Source of the DNA: Ginglymostoma cirratum
Lineage: Eukaryota
Assembly (NCBI GenBank): GCA_024137785.1
Contig: JAHRHZ010000022.1
Location: forward strand, 32,096,511 to 32,160,510
Length of the DNA stretch: 64,000 nt
Direction: 5' to 3'
The position numbers and the translations under genes were made by a program. The notes beneath the pieces are model-generated. The model was not told where the DNA came from. It made no database searches and saw nothing but the letters and a program-made list of their open reading frames with translations. Shown here one piece after another: positions 27,460 through 40,482 of the stretch (position 1 is its first letter; each line of letters starts with the position of its first letter).

Positions 27460-27825
27460 TTGCCTTCCAGTCCCTCAATTTCTCTAATTTCAGCTTCTCT
27501 CTTATCTTTGTATTTAAATTGCTCATGGTTTTACTCCTTATTATCTTTGTAACCTCTTCTAGTGCAACCCTTCACCCCAGGACTGTCATTTAGCTTGGCA
27601 CTGATCTCTTGAACATCCCCTGAACTTTTATCCAACCATTGTTGTCTTGCCATCAACCATCTACTCGGTGCTTGTTTCATAGTCTGGAATTCCTTAATTA
27701 ATCCTTTCATTTCTCTACCATCTCTTCTCCTTTATAAGCTATATTAAATACTGTCTCTTTGCTTTCCAGCTATGAAGTGACTTGGACTATTTTTCTATCT
27801 TGAGATTACAAACAATGCAAGTTAT
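27460..27825 (+). mobile_element. L2-like LINE 3' end, decayed
   Basis: Pyrimidine-rich CTCTTATCTTTGTATTTAAATTGCTCATGG...TCTGGAATTCCTT...AATGCAAGTT, resembling vertebrate L2 3' ends. Confidence 0.5.
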
Positions 27826-28350
27826 TCCTGTGCTGCACACACTTAGATAAATCAATATACCATTTTTTTGTTGCATAACAACAGGCAATAAAGAACACGC
27901 CAGGCTTTCTCACATAAATTGGTCATGTAACTTGATTTAAACAAAAGGGGGTAAATGGAAATGAAACTGGATCGATTCTACTGTGACCAAGTGATACAAT
28001 CTGCCAGATTAGAATCAAAGTTATGTTCACCCAAGCATTTCTGAAGAATGGATAAGCCCCAAAGGCAACAAATCTGGTTTGAAATTCTAAACCACCTTAT
28101 TTGGAATTGGATTCAGCAGTCATATCTTATGGTTGGGTTTCAGTGCTTAACCCTCTGACAAAGATTGCATTACAACCTCCTCTTCCTGCTGCTCCTCCTC
28201 AAGAATGCCTCATTCTAAAGTTGTATCATAGACAATAGATTACACTAAACAATTTGAACTTACCAAGGTTATATGGTGACCAGTACCCTGCAAAGTATAG
28301 TGTAGAGCTGGATGAACACAGCAGGCCAAGCAGCATCAGAGGAGCAGGAA

Positions 28351-28384
28351 AGCTGACGTTTCGGTCGAGACCCTTCTTCAGAAA
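28351..28384 (-). ncRNA. Minimal type I hammerhead ribozyme motif (stem II one base short)
   Basis: Minus strand: CTGAAGA-AG-GGT-CTCG-ACC-GAAAC-GTC-AGCT. Confidence 0.55.
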
Positions 28385-28393
28385 TTTTTTTTT

Positions 28394-28428
28394 TTTCTGA
28401 AGAAGGGTCTAGGCCCGAAACGTCAGGT
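28394..28428 (+). ncRNA. Minimal type I hammerhead ribozyme motif
   Basis: CTGAAGA (28397-28403)-A-GGGT-CTAG-GCCC-GAAAC-GTC; predicted cleavage after 28424. Helix III is the palindromic ACGT with no loop, as in PLE hammerheads. Stem I is weak (UUU/AGG). Confidence 0.65.
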
Positions 28429-28559
28429 TTTCCTGCTCCTATGATGCTCCTTGACCTGCTGTGTTCATCCAGCCCCATGCTTGTTATCTCGGATTCTCCA
28501 GCATCTGCAGTACCTTTATCTCTACTACTGAAAATATCCCTGCTTCCTGAGGAGCTTTT

Positions 28560-28830
28560 TCTAAAATTTATTCACAGGATGAAGGCATCACTGGCTAGGC
28601 ATAAGAATGGCAGATTCCATTCCCTAAAGGATATTAGTGAACCTGATGGGTTTTTCCCAAACATTGGCAATTGTTTTTGGTCATCATTTGAGCCTTAATT
28701 CCAGATTTTTAAAAATTCATTGAATTCAAATTCCGCCATCTGCTGTGGCAGGATTTGAACCTGGGTCCCACAGAACATTCCCTGGATGACTGGATTAACA
28801 GTCCAGCGATAACACTAGGCCATTGCTACT
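28560..28830 (-). mobile_element. tRNA-derived SINE (bipartite family)
   Basis: Minus-strand B box GGTTCAAATCC; 3' tail GCCAGTGATGCCTTCATCCTGTGAATAA. Confidence 0.75.
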
Positions 28831-29599
28831 TGCCTGAGCAAATACTAGTGCATAACTGCCGTAAAGTGAGGGTGTCAAAACTAGTGTCAAGGTAGCAGAC
28901 AATCACATAAATAAGCTTTACATTGTGTTCAGCTGCATTCTAATGGAAAGTTATTTCATTCTACTTATGAAAACTTGAAATGGGCGTAGGTGCCCATATA
29001 GCCTAATGTACTAACAATAATTCCTGAAACATTGGACAAAGTTGTAACATCAAAAGTTGTCACATCAAAAGCGTGCAATACTTAATATTTATTGACATAT
29101 TGATGAAAGAAATAGTCTAGTAAATAAATCATTTATGACCTTCTCGATGCTCCGGTAGACTTTTGGATGCCAAATTAATATTTATCCCTATTGCTGTTTG
29201 AAAAGATCAAATAGTTTAAAAGTGTTTATGATCGTCTTGGTATTGACATTTGCAGATGTATCCCCATTGTAGAATTTACTTGAAAATCTGACTTAAAGAG
29301 TCAACATATTTCCCAATGGCAAGTTGGTAACCAAGTCAGTTTTCCTCATACCCAATTAGTTCTGCTTTAGTTTGTAAAGTTAGGTGGTTAAGTAAGTGTG
29401 GCTGTACTTCCTGAGCTGTAAATATATCTCTCTCAAGTCTCCACAGGTATTGTATTTCCTAAAACCCAGCAAATAAAAAGAAAATAAAAGTGCAATCTAC
29501 TATGGAATAGCCACAGAATATTATATCTACTATAATTTGCAATAGATCCTTACACCCAGCTGTGCTTAAGCCAGACAATAAAACGAAAAAATTGATATA

Positions 29600-29952
29600 C
29601 ATTTTCTTTATGGGATGTGGTCATCACTGGCAAGCCCAGCATTTGTTCTCCATCCCAAGCTGGCCTTGAACTGAATGACTTGCCAGACCATTTGAGAGGG
29701 CAGTTTGGCGTCAACCACAGAGCTGTAGGTCTGAAGGCCAGACAAGGATGGCAGAACATTTTTTCTCCAGAAGACATTTGTGAATCAAATGCATTTTTGT
29801 GATAAATAATGGATGTTCAGTTACTTTTGCTGAAACTAGCTTTCAACTCCAGATTTATTCATTTAGGCTACTATGGGTGAACCCATGTCCCTGAGAATTA
29901 AGCTGGGTGCTAGCTTGTTAGTCCAGTAACATTACCACTGCATCACCATCTC
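29600..29952 (-). mobile_element. tRNA-derived SINE (bipartite family)
   Basis: Head GGAGATGGTGATGCAGTGGTAATGTTACTGGACTA; tail AAATGCTGGGCTTGCCAGTGATGACCACATCCCAT. Confidence 0.75.
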
Positions 29953-32900
29953 CCTTTGAGGGACACTTCATTTTCAAAATGTTTCTTCATTGATAAATAC
30001 TAAATTATACGTTCCGACAGCAGGAACAAAATCTGAGGTGGCAACATATGCAGAGTGTGTAGCTTTCTTCAATAGTATTATCCATGGCCGTTAATTAACT
30101 CTGAAAAATTAAAATAAAAGTTTATTGAATAATAATTCAGTAAAGGGCCTGAAGCTAGTTCTAGCTAGTTCATTGAAATATATTAGCGCACTCCCTGAAG
30201 TAATAAGAAAAAGGTTCACATTTAACACATCCCATTAAGGATCATTTACAGCCCTTTGTGTTTTTCTATGTCTTGTGATAACATTGGGAATAGGTTCCCT
30301 TGATGTACCATTACAGGTGGTTGATATTCTGAGTATTTACAATGTGAATGACAAACTGCACTTCAATAAGTGTGGGGAAAAAAGGGAGTGAGGTCCACCT
30401 TCCTGTTACTATTTGCAGATAGGAAGTGATGAAGGTGCAGATTGTAGCAATTGTCTCGGTCAGTAGGAAATACCAATCAGAAAGGTGAAATCAAAGTACC
30501 TACCCACTAATCTTTTCTAATTTTTGGAAGTATCATCTTTATCTAGTGGTCAGCAACTTTAAAAGTTATCTAGTTCTAAATCAGAGTCCCAGACTGTAGT
30601 CATGTCATCTGAGCCCTCTCTGAGTGATTTCAGTTACAACAATATTTGTAATACTAGTTGTTTACATTGGTCATGGGTAATGAAACCTCTAGATATAGTT
30701 CTTGGAGCTACAACTCAATTGACATTGTAATTTGAGACACTTGTTACAGCTGTGAGGTTGATAAACTTATTGTGTTTTGGTATTATATCTTTAAATGCTA
30801 GGAAAAAGCACAGTGATCATGTAACCTGTGCTAAAGACTCTTTAACAACAGGTCTGCTTGATGGTGTTGTTAGAAATTTAAGGAATATTTGGATTATTTT
30901 ACTGGGGAATAGGTACAACGTATTCATTGCTGATAATGGCTGAAGCAGTGATGATGCTGGTGGACAAACTATAAGTCTTTAAGTTCAAGTGAAGGGTTAA
31001 GAAGATCAGGTTGCTCATAAATATACTTTGAACTGTCCATTTTAGGATCAGAGAAAGTTGAAGCCTAAAGAATAGCCAATCTGCATTTCCACCTGGATAT
31101 AAGGCCCTTGTGATTCATGTGCTATAGGAAAGGATGCAGAGGAAACCACTGTAAAAGTTGTGTTATAGCATGCTCTGATCTTCTGTAGTGGCTGGGCTCC
31201 CTGAGGGAGGAGTAATGTGACCTGCTAGTCCAATCAGGGACTGAGTGGGGTATCTGCATGAGGCACATGAGGACTTGTCCAGCAGTTGAATTGGGGCATG
31301 GAGCATGTAAAAACTGTGTAATGCCCTTGGTAAGTAAATGTTCTTAGTTATATTAAATCATTGTGTTTTATCAGTTAAACAGCAGAACCAAGCTTTGAAG
31401 TTATTACATCATCTCACACACGGGTTGTTCAGCCAGGATGCAAGAGAAGGAAAGCAGATATAGGCAGCACAATGCCATGGTTCACTGTGCAGGAAGTTGA
31501 GTGGGAGCTTGCATTTGGATTAGGTAGAACAAATAGGGAGCAACAAGAAGGCTGGCAAATTGCCTAAGAGAGACATTTCCAGGAAAGCTCAGACCATGAA
31601 AGACAATTCTGGAATTAAATGTTTCCAGGCTCCTAAAAGAAAAAAATTACGGTAAATCCTCAAGAACTAAGAACCATTTTGGATGGATTTTGCAAGAATT
31701 GAATTTCTTATTAAAGAGCAGTTCAACAAGCCTAATGGTAAGTTTTTCAGTTGTGTTAAAAGTTATGTTCAAAGGATAGTTCCAGTAAACATCTTAAAAC
31801 ATTAAATCTTTTTGTATCCTTTCAGTTATTAACTGCAAGTTCAGATTTCTCTTTTTGTTATGAGGTTATTGGTCTCTCCAGGATCTTAACACGCTAAAAT
31901 AAAAATTGAAATTGTAAGAGCTGTGTGGCAGATTGATCAACATCAGAAAAGGACCTGACGGTTTACTGACTCTCAAAACATCAAAGTGAGGATTCTTTTA
32001 CAGCTGACAAGTGACCGACTTTGCATCATTAATGTATTCAATGTTGTTTTAAATTTTCAGCATTTTCAACATTGCTTTACATTGTAAAACTTTTCACAGA
32101 GTCAATAAATGTCTCTAAATACGTTCTCTAAGCAGATTCTTGAGAGCTTTACAGGATCTCTATGAACTTGCACCATGGTTTGATTCAACTGATCTTAGCG
32201 TCACTTTAATTTTTGAAGCTTTATGATGATTTTTCTTCCAACTGTGTTTGAATATTTCTCTCTAAGACCTGGAGAATACTTAAGCAAAGTTTTTTTTTCG
32301 GACTTTTTCACCAGAAATTATTTGAACTCTCCTGTCTAGCTCCTTTATTCAGAAGGAATAAGTGACTGGAAATGCCTTGATAATACATCTGTTTTCTCCA
32401 ATAATAGAAGAGATATAGCCAGGAAGAAACAGAGAGAATGAGGCACCAATGCAGAAAGGTTGATAATTAAATCATGAATACAGGAACGCAATGCTGGGAA
32501 ATTTCTGGGATCTGTTCCTCCTCCACTGTCATTATGCAAATAGAAACTTCAAGACATTTTCCAGTCTATGCCATTTACAGATGAAACCACATCAGTTAGG
32601 AATGTCAATTTCAGAAAATCTTTTTTTTAAATTTCTCAGATTTTAGCATTTTTTTGAGATTAGTTTGGATGCTGCTCAAATTGGAACTGTCACATTATTT
32701 GTGAAACAATTAGTGCAACTCTAACTAGTAATGGTCTTGCTGCCTTTTCAGTTGCAAGAAGAAATAAGAGGTCCAGCAGAAATACACTGCCATCTAGCAA
32801 GCCAGGTACCGGGGATCTTGGCAATCACAATTTTGACTGAGATTCACACATCCTTTCCCTCATTATGTGACATGGAACAAATACTGTTGCTGTGAAGCAT

Positions 32901-35900
32901 CAGGGTACTCTGTTCACACTTCATATGTGCAGGTTTCCTGAGTTTATAACCAAAGGTCCACTAAAACAGTATTAGAGATGCAGTGGATCTTTTCGGAGGG
33001 AAATAAACTTTTGTGTAAACAGCTTATAAAGTACTTTGCGTCTACAACATGACATAAACGGCAACAATCAATGATACTGCACTTGTTCTCATTTTACCCT
33101 AGTTCATGTAGCCTCGTGTTGAGACGATCCACAGGACATTTGCACAAGTTTACTATGAAAAAATTAAGCACAGAAATTGGTGTAAATTGGGGGATAATTT
33201 CCACATTAAAACCCTCCAGGGAGCAATATCATACTGATTGCTAGATTACAAGATTCAGCTTCATAGAATGCCATTTTGTAAGCCAAGTTTAAACCTAAAT
33301 ACATTTATTTTTGGTTTACTAGCTTCGTTAAAGTGCCTAAGAATCCTTCTTTAATTGTCATTTTTTAGCTGCCACAGATTAACATGTTTGGCACCCCATA
33401 TGGTAGTTGATACAATACATTTCAGAATAAATTTATCATGTGTGCTTATGTGTAACAATTATTTTTATTTTCAAATGTGCAGTTCCAGGCCACGTGCTGA
33501 TTGCTGACCTGAGATATGTTAAACTTTGTAGACAAGAACAGCAAATTGTCTGTCACAGATTTTCCGTATCAAAATATTTATCTGGAAACGTTAAATTGTC
33601 AGATATCATAAACGTTGAACGTATACACGTGCTGTGATTCTGCAGAAGATAGACATAATGCAATGGACATAATGGCTGACTTCAGCACAGGATGGAGACA
33701 GGGTGTCACAAAGGATTCCACTTAAGCTTACTGATATTAGAAGGGACTGTCATTTTGTCAGAATATGTTCAGATGGCTTTTGTCTAGTTTATCTGATGTT
33801 TTTAAAAAAAATCAATATGCTTTCGATTCATAACATGAGTAAGTTGGAAAATCTGATGCTATTTTCCACTTACAAGAAGTCTATTCAGTCTATTCATGTT
33901 GAAAATTAACAGACAAAATTATTCAACTCCTATTCTCGACAATGTTAGTGCTCTTCCTATGTCTTCAGAGAAGCAGAATATAAATGAAAATCTTAATTAT
34001 TCATAAAATTGCTCTAATCATTGCAGGTTATTAAATTCAATACTACAGTGTGCGAGAAAATCAACCATAATTCATGCATTATTCAGGCATAGTAGGATAG
34101 CTACAAAAATCAGACAAAGATCTCTTGCAATTGACTTGTTCGCAAATTGTGACTGCTGCCACTTTAGACCAAGTCAACCACTGGCCTATTGTCATCCACC
34201 TGGCCTTTCCTGACAAAAAAGTCCTCGAGCATTTTAACCTGTGTTCTGTCACCTGATTCAAGACTGTAATATCAAATTTGTCCCAAACTGAGCAGGTAAG
34301 TTTGATTTCGGTGCATCCGGGAGTGGCTTACTCAGTGATTGTCATTGGAGGATGCTGAAGAAGAGATACAAAGCTGGATTTTGCCACTGAGCTAGAGGTG
34401 AGTTAGAAGGTGACAATCACAAGGTGGAATGCAGTGTGCCACTTGCCCAGCAAGGCAGCATTTCAGAGAGAAACGTTAACTAGATCCAAGCCAGCTGACG
34501 ACAAAATAAGGCACAATTCTATACTATGAAGTAAAGAAAGAAGGACGCTTTATTCATAGAATGTAATTTTAATGGTCTCTACCTCCTAACAAGTCCCCCA
34601 GTGTCGCAGTTGATTCTATGTGATCCCAGTTCTTAATCAAACAATTACCATAACCTTGTATTTTTTTAAAATAATATAATTAACGAACCATTAACATGAT
34701 ATGCTTTCTGACAGGAAGTGGTAGGAGATCAATTAGCCTCAATATTAACTTATTACTATGGACTATTTCCTCACATCTGAGTTTTTGCTTCAAATGGCTG
34801 GTGCACAGGCCCTGCCTGAATTTGAAGCCTGAGCCTTTCCTGAAGGTGATTGTTCAGCAGTAGGCTGTCAGGAGTAGGGACAACCTCCTCCCACTGCCCA
34901 CAACCTTCTCAGAGTGTTTAGGAACAGCAGGTCACAGGCATACATTATCCACTGGAAGGTTCTGCCTCCGAGCTGTAGCCTCAGTGTGATGGCCTCACCA
35001 TTCCTTATACGTATCAGCAGTGACTATCTCACCTGATGGAGCTGCTAGTCACCTACACCCCTGGGCACTGCAACTGGCTATCTTGCCCGCACGTGCCATT
35101 CCTAATTGCACAGGGCTCCTTGCAGCAGCCAATTAGTGTGCTGCCTCCAAGAAAATGGGGCAGACCTCCAGCATTCAGCTCACCTTTTCTAAATCTTGCA
35201 TTGTTTGATCTGAAAGCAAGAAGTATTGCTGGCATATTGCATTCTAAAACCTAGTGGTAGGATTTAAAACCCATCAAAAGTGTATTGAGAGATGGTGGGG
35301 GTGCGTACAATGGATAGGAAGTCTGAGGATGGAGAGCCCATCACCATCCTCGCTCTTACCGCTACCCCGGTCCCAATTAAGTTCTGGGGTCTGATGGTTA
35401 AGGATGGCCTTCCCATCAATCAACCAATTCAGGCTCTTATATGGCTACTTCAGGGGCTCATCTCACCACAGCTAGGACACAATAGAGGGTATCTACAGCT
35501 CCTGCCCAGGTATATCCTTTCGCGACCATGAGAGCCCTGTTGAGGGGATCCTGTTGCCCAATAACGTTTCCCACCAGCAGCCACAGACATTCCATAGAAT
35601 AACACTCCCACCAAGTCCTTTTAAACAGCTGCTTCCTCCCCCTTGCTACACTGTCCAATGAGGCCACCCTTTTTTTTTTAATCCTCTTCCTGGGTCGACT
35701 GCAGTCTCTGCAATGGTCACTGCTTCTGGTAGTGGTCTTAGACACTGAAGAGCTGGCATCCTCTGATTGGCTGCCAGCTCTTAGAGGCGGGACCTCTGCC
35801 CTGCAGGGCCCAGGAAGCTCGACAAAGACCAGCCTGATAGACATTTAATCACATCCAAATTGACCCTAGTGGTGGGTTGTGACTAGCTGTACAGGCAGTG

Positions 35901-37509
35901 GACAAGCCTACAACCAAGACCAATAAATTCAATTCTTTGTTTCCCCTTCAGTGAGTATTTACAATAAAAACATTTTAAAATTTAAGATTTTTGTGAAAGG
36001 GATCTCTCTGACACCGAATATACTTCAACACAATACTCCAGGTCCAACAGAAAACTATCATGAACTCTATTACAATCACTTAGCATGCAAATTCCCTTCA
36101 TATAATCTAGAATTGTATTTGGGAAAGGGCTTCCCCAATGCGTCCTCAGTGAGTGGGTGTGATTGCACAGGTACATGTAAGCTCAAGCCTGAGAAAATAA
36201 AATCTGAAATCTACACAAACTGTCGAGGATTCATTTTACTTCCTAACAACTTTGCATTTCCTATCTATTATCCACAAAAGCAGCTGCCAGGCTTTTCATC
36301 TGGGGATTGTACAACCTCAAATGTTTGGTTCCAGGGCCTGGCTCTAAATATTAACTAGTCACTGTGGGTTTTCCTATTATTAACACTTCCATGTGTCTGC
36401 TTCTATCAACAAACAATGGAAGAGTGAAAAACCAGTAAAAGTGCATCTTGCCTCCGGCAGGATGACTTTCACATATACGCTTGTTCTCCTGTTGTTTCAG
36501 TGGAAGAGGAAATAAGTCATGCAAAACTGTTCCCTTACCCAATATCACTGCTTCAATTTAAACACGTAGTAGTTCCATTTATTTCATATGTGAATTTTAT
36601 ACTAAAACATTACCCTCACTGTAAGATATGAAAAGAATGTCTTACAAATACATTATTATACTGTAAAATGTTCTGAGACTTCAAGTGTATTATAGAACAA
36701 TTGAATGGAAGCTCATAGTCTGTTTCATACACTGAATAATAGTCAATTAATATTTCCGAGGTTTGAGGCAGATTTCAGAACCATGGACAGAGATTCGCCC
36801 TGCCTGCAACCTGTTAGCAACAAGGATTCTTCATTCTAATACAATTATTTGGTTGACATTTAGCAATTGTGGTGCTTTTGACCAGTTCTTCATAGATCCT
36901 TGATTTCATCATGCTGGAGGGATATTAAATGGTCCTTAAGTGCATTAAATTGTCTGCAAGAACTGGTCAGTTCAAATGCCTTGGCTTCTCTTTGATTGGT
37001 AATACTGGAAAAGCAAGACAGACCTCTTCAATTTTTTTGCCTTATTGCTCATAGTTGTCCTGAATCATTTTCTTTAATGTTTAAGGGCTTTTAATACAGT
37101 GTGTATATTGGTACCAATGAGGTGTCACAATCATAATTGTCATTTGTGTAATTATTTTGCTAGCTCAATATAATGTCCACTCATAATCATGAAAGGTTAA
37201 ATCAGAAAGATATAACAAACTGATTTATCTCAAAAATGTTTGTTTTCTTCATGCAAATTTGACAGTATGTTAAGATCTACAATATTGTTGCTTTTGTGAT
37301 TCAAATTAATGAAACTAATCAAACATAGAGTCAAAGAACTTCTAATTATTTTATTCTAAATTTTATTCACATTTCGGCCTTGAGATAATTCATGCGCCCA
37401 TTCATTCACACGTAGGAAATTGGTTATTTAAAACTAAATAAATGCCAAATTGTAATTTAACTACCTTTCAGCAGAAGGCAACTGAAGGTATTTTTTACAA
37501 GAAATTCAC

Positions 37510-37705
37510 GACTGACATGAGGCCAAAATATTGAATGCTTTCAAGAAGGAATTAGATATAGGCCTTGGGTCTAAAGGGATTAAAGTGTATAGGGAGAAAG
37601 TGGGAACAAGGTACTGAGTTGGATGATTTGCCAAGATCGTAATGAATGGCAGAGCAGCTTGAAGGACTGAATGGCTAACTGCTCCTATTTTCTATTTTTT
37701 CATGA
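37510..37705 (+). mobile_element. CR1 3' tail fragment
   Basis: TTGAATGCTTTCAAGAAGGAATTAGATATAG...GAATGGCAGAGCAGCTTGAAGGACTGAATGG...CTCCTATTTTCTAT. Confidence 0.7.
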
Positions 37706-38469
37706 CATTTGTAAAATAACCCAGGATTAAATTGTTCCCTGCTTTGCTGTAGTTATATGGTGAGATTCTATCACTAACAAAAAGTCAAAGCAGACGTAAC
37801 GTTTCACCCTACATGATAATGCACACCACAGGTATTCTGACGAGACTTCATCTGATGATACCTTAAACTATAAGAGACACCTAAGAAAAAATCTGTGATA
37901 GATTGGCTACAAAACCTTCAAAAGTGGTTTGTGAAATCACTAATAAATATTGCGGAGGATTTTTAAGTCGATTGGGGATTCACGCCTCAACACCTGATGA
38001 AGTATAACACAATCCATCCCTGCCAACCACAAGCCCCACAGTCATTTAGTATTTTAAGGAGAATGAATCAGTTAAAGACGGAACTTATGCCTCTCAATTC
38101 CACAACTTGTTATGCTGGAAGCTTTGTCATCCCCAGCAGCACTCATGGTAGCAATGGCCCAGACTGCAAACACAAGCAGTCCTCAGGTTCAAAGCCCCAG
38201 AATTCAGGGCGAGGTTGCGGTTAGTCGTGGGGCAACTTAAAACACTGAGAAGAGATGAGGGCCATCTCTTGGAATGAAGTGGTTTGGGGTGTTGATGGAG
38301 AGGTCATCAGTTAAGGGGTAAATGGGGAGTGGTATCAGACCTGGAAAAAGGATACCCAATGTGGAAATGGCACTGTTTGTTGAGCTTGCAAGTGTTGGTT
38401 TGTAGGCATGATGGCTGCCTGCTTATTAAAGGAATGGGATTTTCCCTCAGTTCATTGTGTCGTTGCAGG

Positions 38470-40200
38470 TTTAGGCTGCTTAAGACACACAAAAGCAATG
38501 TACTTTCACATCCTATGCTATCTATGATTGGTTCCACACAAAATGAACCGGCCAAATATTTGAGCACGTGGCTGCAACCTTTTTTGAATGAGTTTTCCAC
38601 ATAGACTGTGAAGGATTCTTTCACATTTGCAAAAAACAAACAAGACTTGCATCTTAAGAGCAGTATCGTGTCCATATGCTCTTTCAACATTGCTTGCCTA
38701 TACTTTCAAGGAAGTCATAGAATCATACACTCCACAGTGCAGAAGGAGGCCATTCAGCTCATCAAATCCTCACTGACCTACCCCATCCCCATATCTCTGC
38801 ATGGGGTTTTTACCCTGGCTCACCCAGCTAACCTGCACATCCTTGGACACTACAGGCAATTTTCAGCATAGCAAGTTCGCCTAATGTGCACATCTTTGGA
38901 GTGTGGGAGGAAATTGGAGCATCCAGTTCAAACACACGCAGACATGGGGAGAACGTGCAAACGTCACACAGACAGTCACCAAGGCTGTCAACCCAGGTCC
39001 CTGATGCTGTGAGGCAGCAGTGCTAACTACTGAGCCACTGCAAGTCATCGACATTTGCATTGGGTCACTATGTCATGACAATCTAGAAGTGCCACTGCTC
39101 TCTGAGTATATTTTTATAGAACTTATGAATTTAACAACTCATGCAAATGATTTCAGTTTTAATGCTACTATGTACAGCCAACTAAGTGGTGTTTTGATCC
39201 TCTATAGGCCCAACTCTTGCTAATATTTTCATTGGTTACCATGAGAACCATGTGTTCGATTCAGTGACCACTAACCTTCACCTGCTGGTCTATGTCTGGT
39301 ATATGGATGACATACTTATGATCTTTGAATCTGCAGTTGCATCAAAGAAACTATTTACACAGCTGAACAAACGCTAACCTTGCTCAAGTGACGGCTGCAC
39401 TAGAGCAATCAAATGATCTCCCTTTCCTCTAAGTGCTAGTTATTTGCCAGAGTCTGTGCCACTATTTCCTGAAACTTCCATTCACTGGTCAGTATACACA
39501 TTTGGATTTCTACAGTTCCACATGCTACAAGGTCAATCTTATTGGTAACCTTGTGAGTATAACCCTTGCCATCTGCTCACTGTGTAAGCTAGAGATAAAA
39601 TAGAGCATGTCAAAACTATCCTGCCTGACAGTAAGTTTCTGGATCAAATCATCGAGCAGTGCATATCACACAAACTCACGGAAGAGCATATGACCACCAT
39701 GATTGGTCCTGAAACTTGCCCAGTCTATCTCAGATTTTCATGAAATTTGAAGGTGTTTCAAAAATTTGAGCGACAGGTGAAGCAAACCATCTCATGCTAC
39801 TACATTGCAGTTAAAAACAAGAGTGGTATTTGTCACTAGAAGGTTGCTGCCATCAAGGCAAAAAGACATTCAGCCTGCCACAAAGTTGAGTAATGTGGTA
39901 TATGAGTTTCAGTGTCAGTGCAATACCAGGTATATAAGTTGTAAATCTCAGTGACTGGAGCATTGTATGAAACAGCACACCTATTTGACTGTCTGCAGCA
40001 GGCAACATGCTGACAGTGTTTGGCCAGTCTGTGCTTACAAAACTCAGAGCATTGTATCCAACACCATGTGAACCTACTACTGAACAGCATTTTCTAAATA
40101 ATCCAGACTGTGCTAAGAATTACACCAGAGACTAATTTAAGATTGAGTCAGGCTTACGGTGCGTGTAATTTGCATGTACTTGAAGTTACATATGTCCACA
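38470..40200 (+). mobile_element. Decayed Penelope-like retroelement: reverse transcriptase + GIY-YIG endonuclease
   Basis: KTHKSNVLSHPMLSMIGS..AKYL..LQP; VKDSFTF..CSFNIACLY; GPTLANIFIGYHE...YVWYMDDILMIF (~39291); SNVVYEFQCQCNTRYIS (~39890, GIY-YIG-like). Multiple stops and frameshifts. Confidence 0.85.
38719..39041 (-). mobile_element. HE1-like V-SINE inserted in the PLE RT
   Basis: tRNA head GCAGTGGCTCAGTAGTTAGCACTGCTGCCTCACAGC plus V-domain; flanked by AAGTCAT at 38712-38718 and 39042-39048. Confidence 0.9.
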
Positions 40201-40204
40201 CTGC

Positions 40205-40482
40205 TATTCTCATAGCTGGATGTAAAATGCCTAGGGAAGAAGAGCAGGAAATTATCCCATGGTTCCTGGCCAATATTTATCTCTCAACCTAGGTCAGTAA
40301 AGCTGATTATCTAATCATTGTCAAGTTGTTGGTTGGAGGAGTTGGCCATAGGCACATTAGTTACTATATTACCTACATTTCAAAGGTAACTACACTTCAA
40401 AAGTAATTAATTGAGCATAAAGTGTATTGGAACACCTGAACATCATGGAAAGTGCCATATAAATGCCATTCACATTCTTTCT
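40205..40482 (+). mobile_element. DeuSINE (SacSINE1/AmnSINE1-like) fragment
   Basis: GAAGAAGAGCAGG...CCTGGCCAATATTTATCTCTCAACC...CTACACTTCAAAAGTA...ATATAAATGC matches the Deu-domain and 3' consensus as I recall it. Confidence 0.75.

Larger units (their letters stand above)
28293..28522. mobile_element. Fold-back (palindromic) PLE-terminus-derived short element
   Basis: ~85-bp inverted arms (GCTGGATGAACACAGCAGG...CCCTTCTTCAGAAA / TTTCTGAAGAAGGG...CCTGCTGTGTTCATCCAGC) around a poly-T spacer. The right arm extends to ...CAGCATCTGCAGTACCTTTATCTC. Confidence 0.85.

Noticed and set aside
31161-31408. Possible solo LTR (TGTTAT...ATTACA with a CCAAT box)
   Set aside because: No TSD and no second copy in the window.
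34263-34301. Possible micro-exon ending CAG|GTAAGT
   Set aside because: Weak AAG acceptor; isolated donor consensus sites are expected by chance.
37846-37862. Two adjacent CTGANGA words
   Set aside because: No stem II followed by GAAA, so not a hammerhead.
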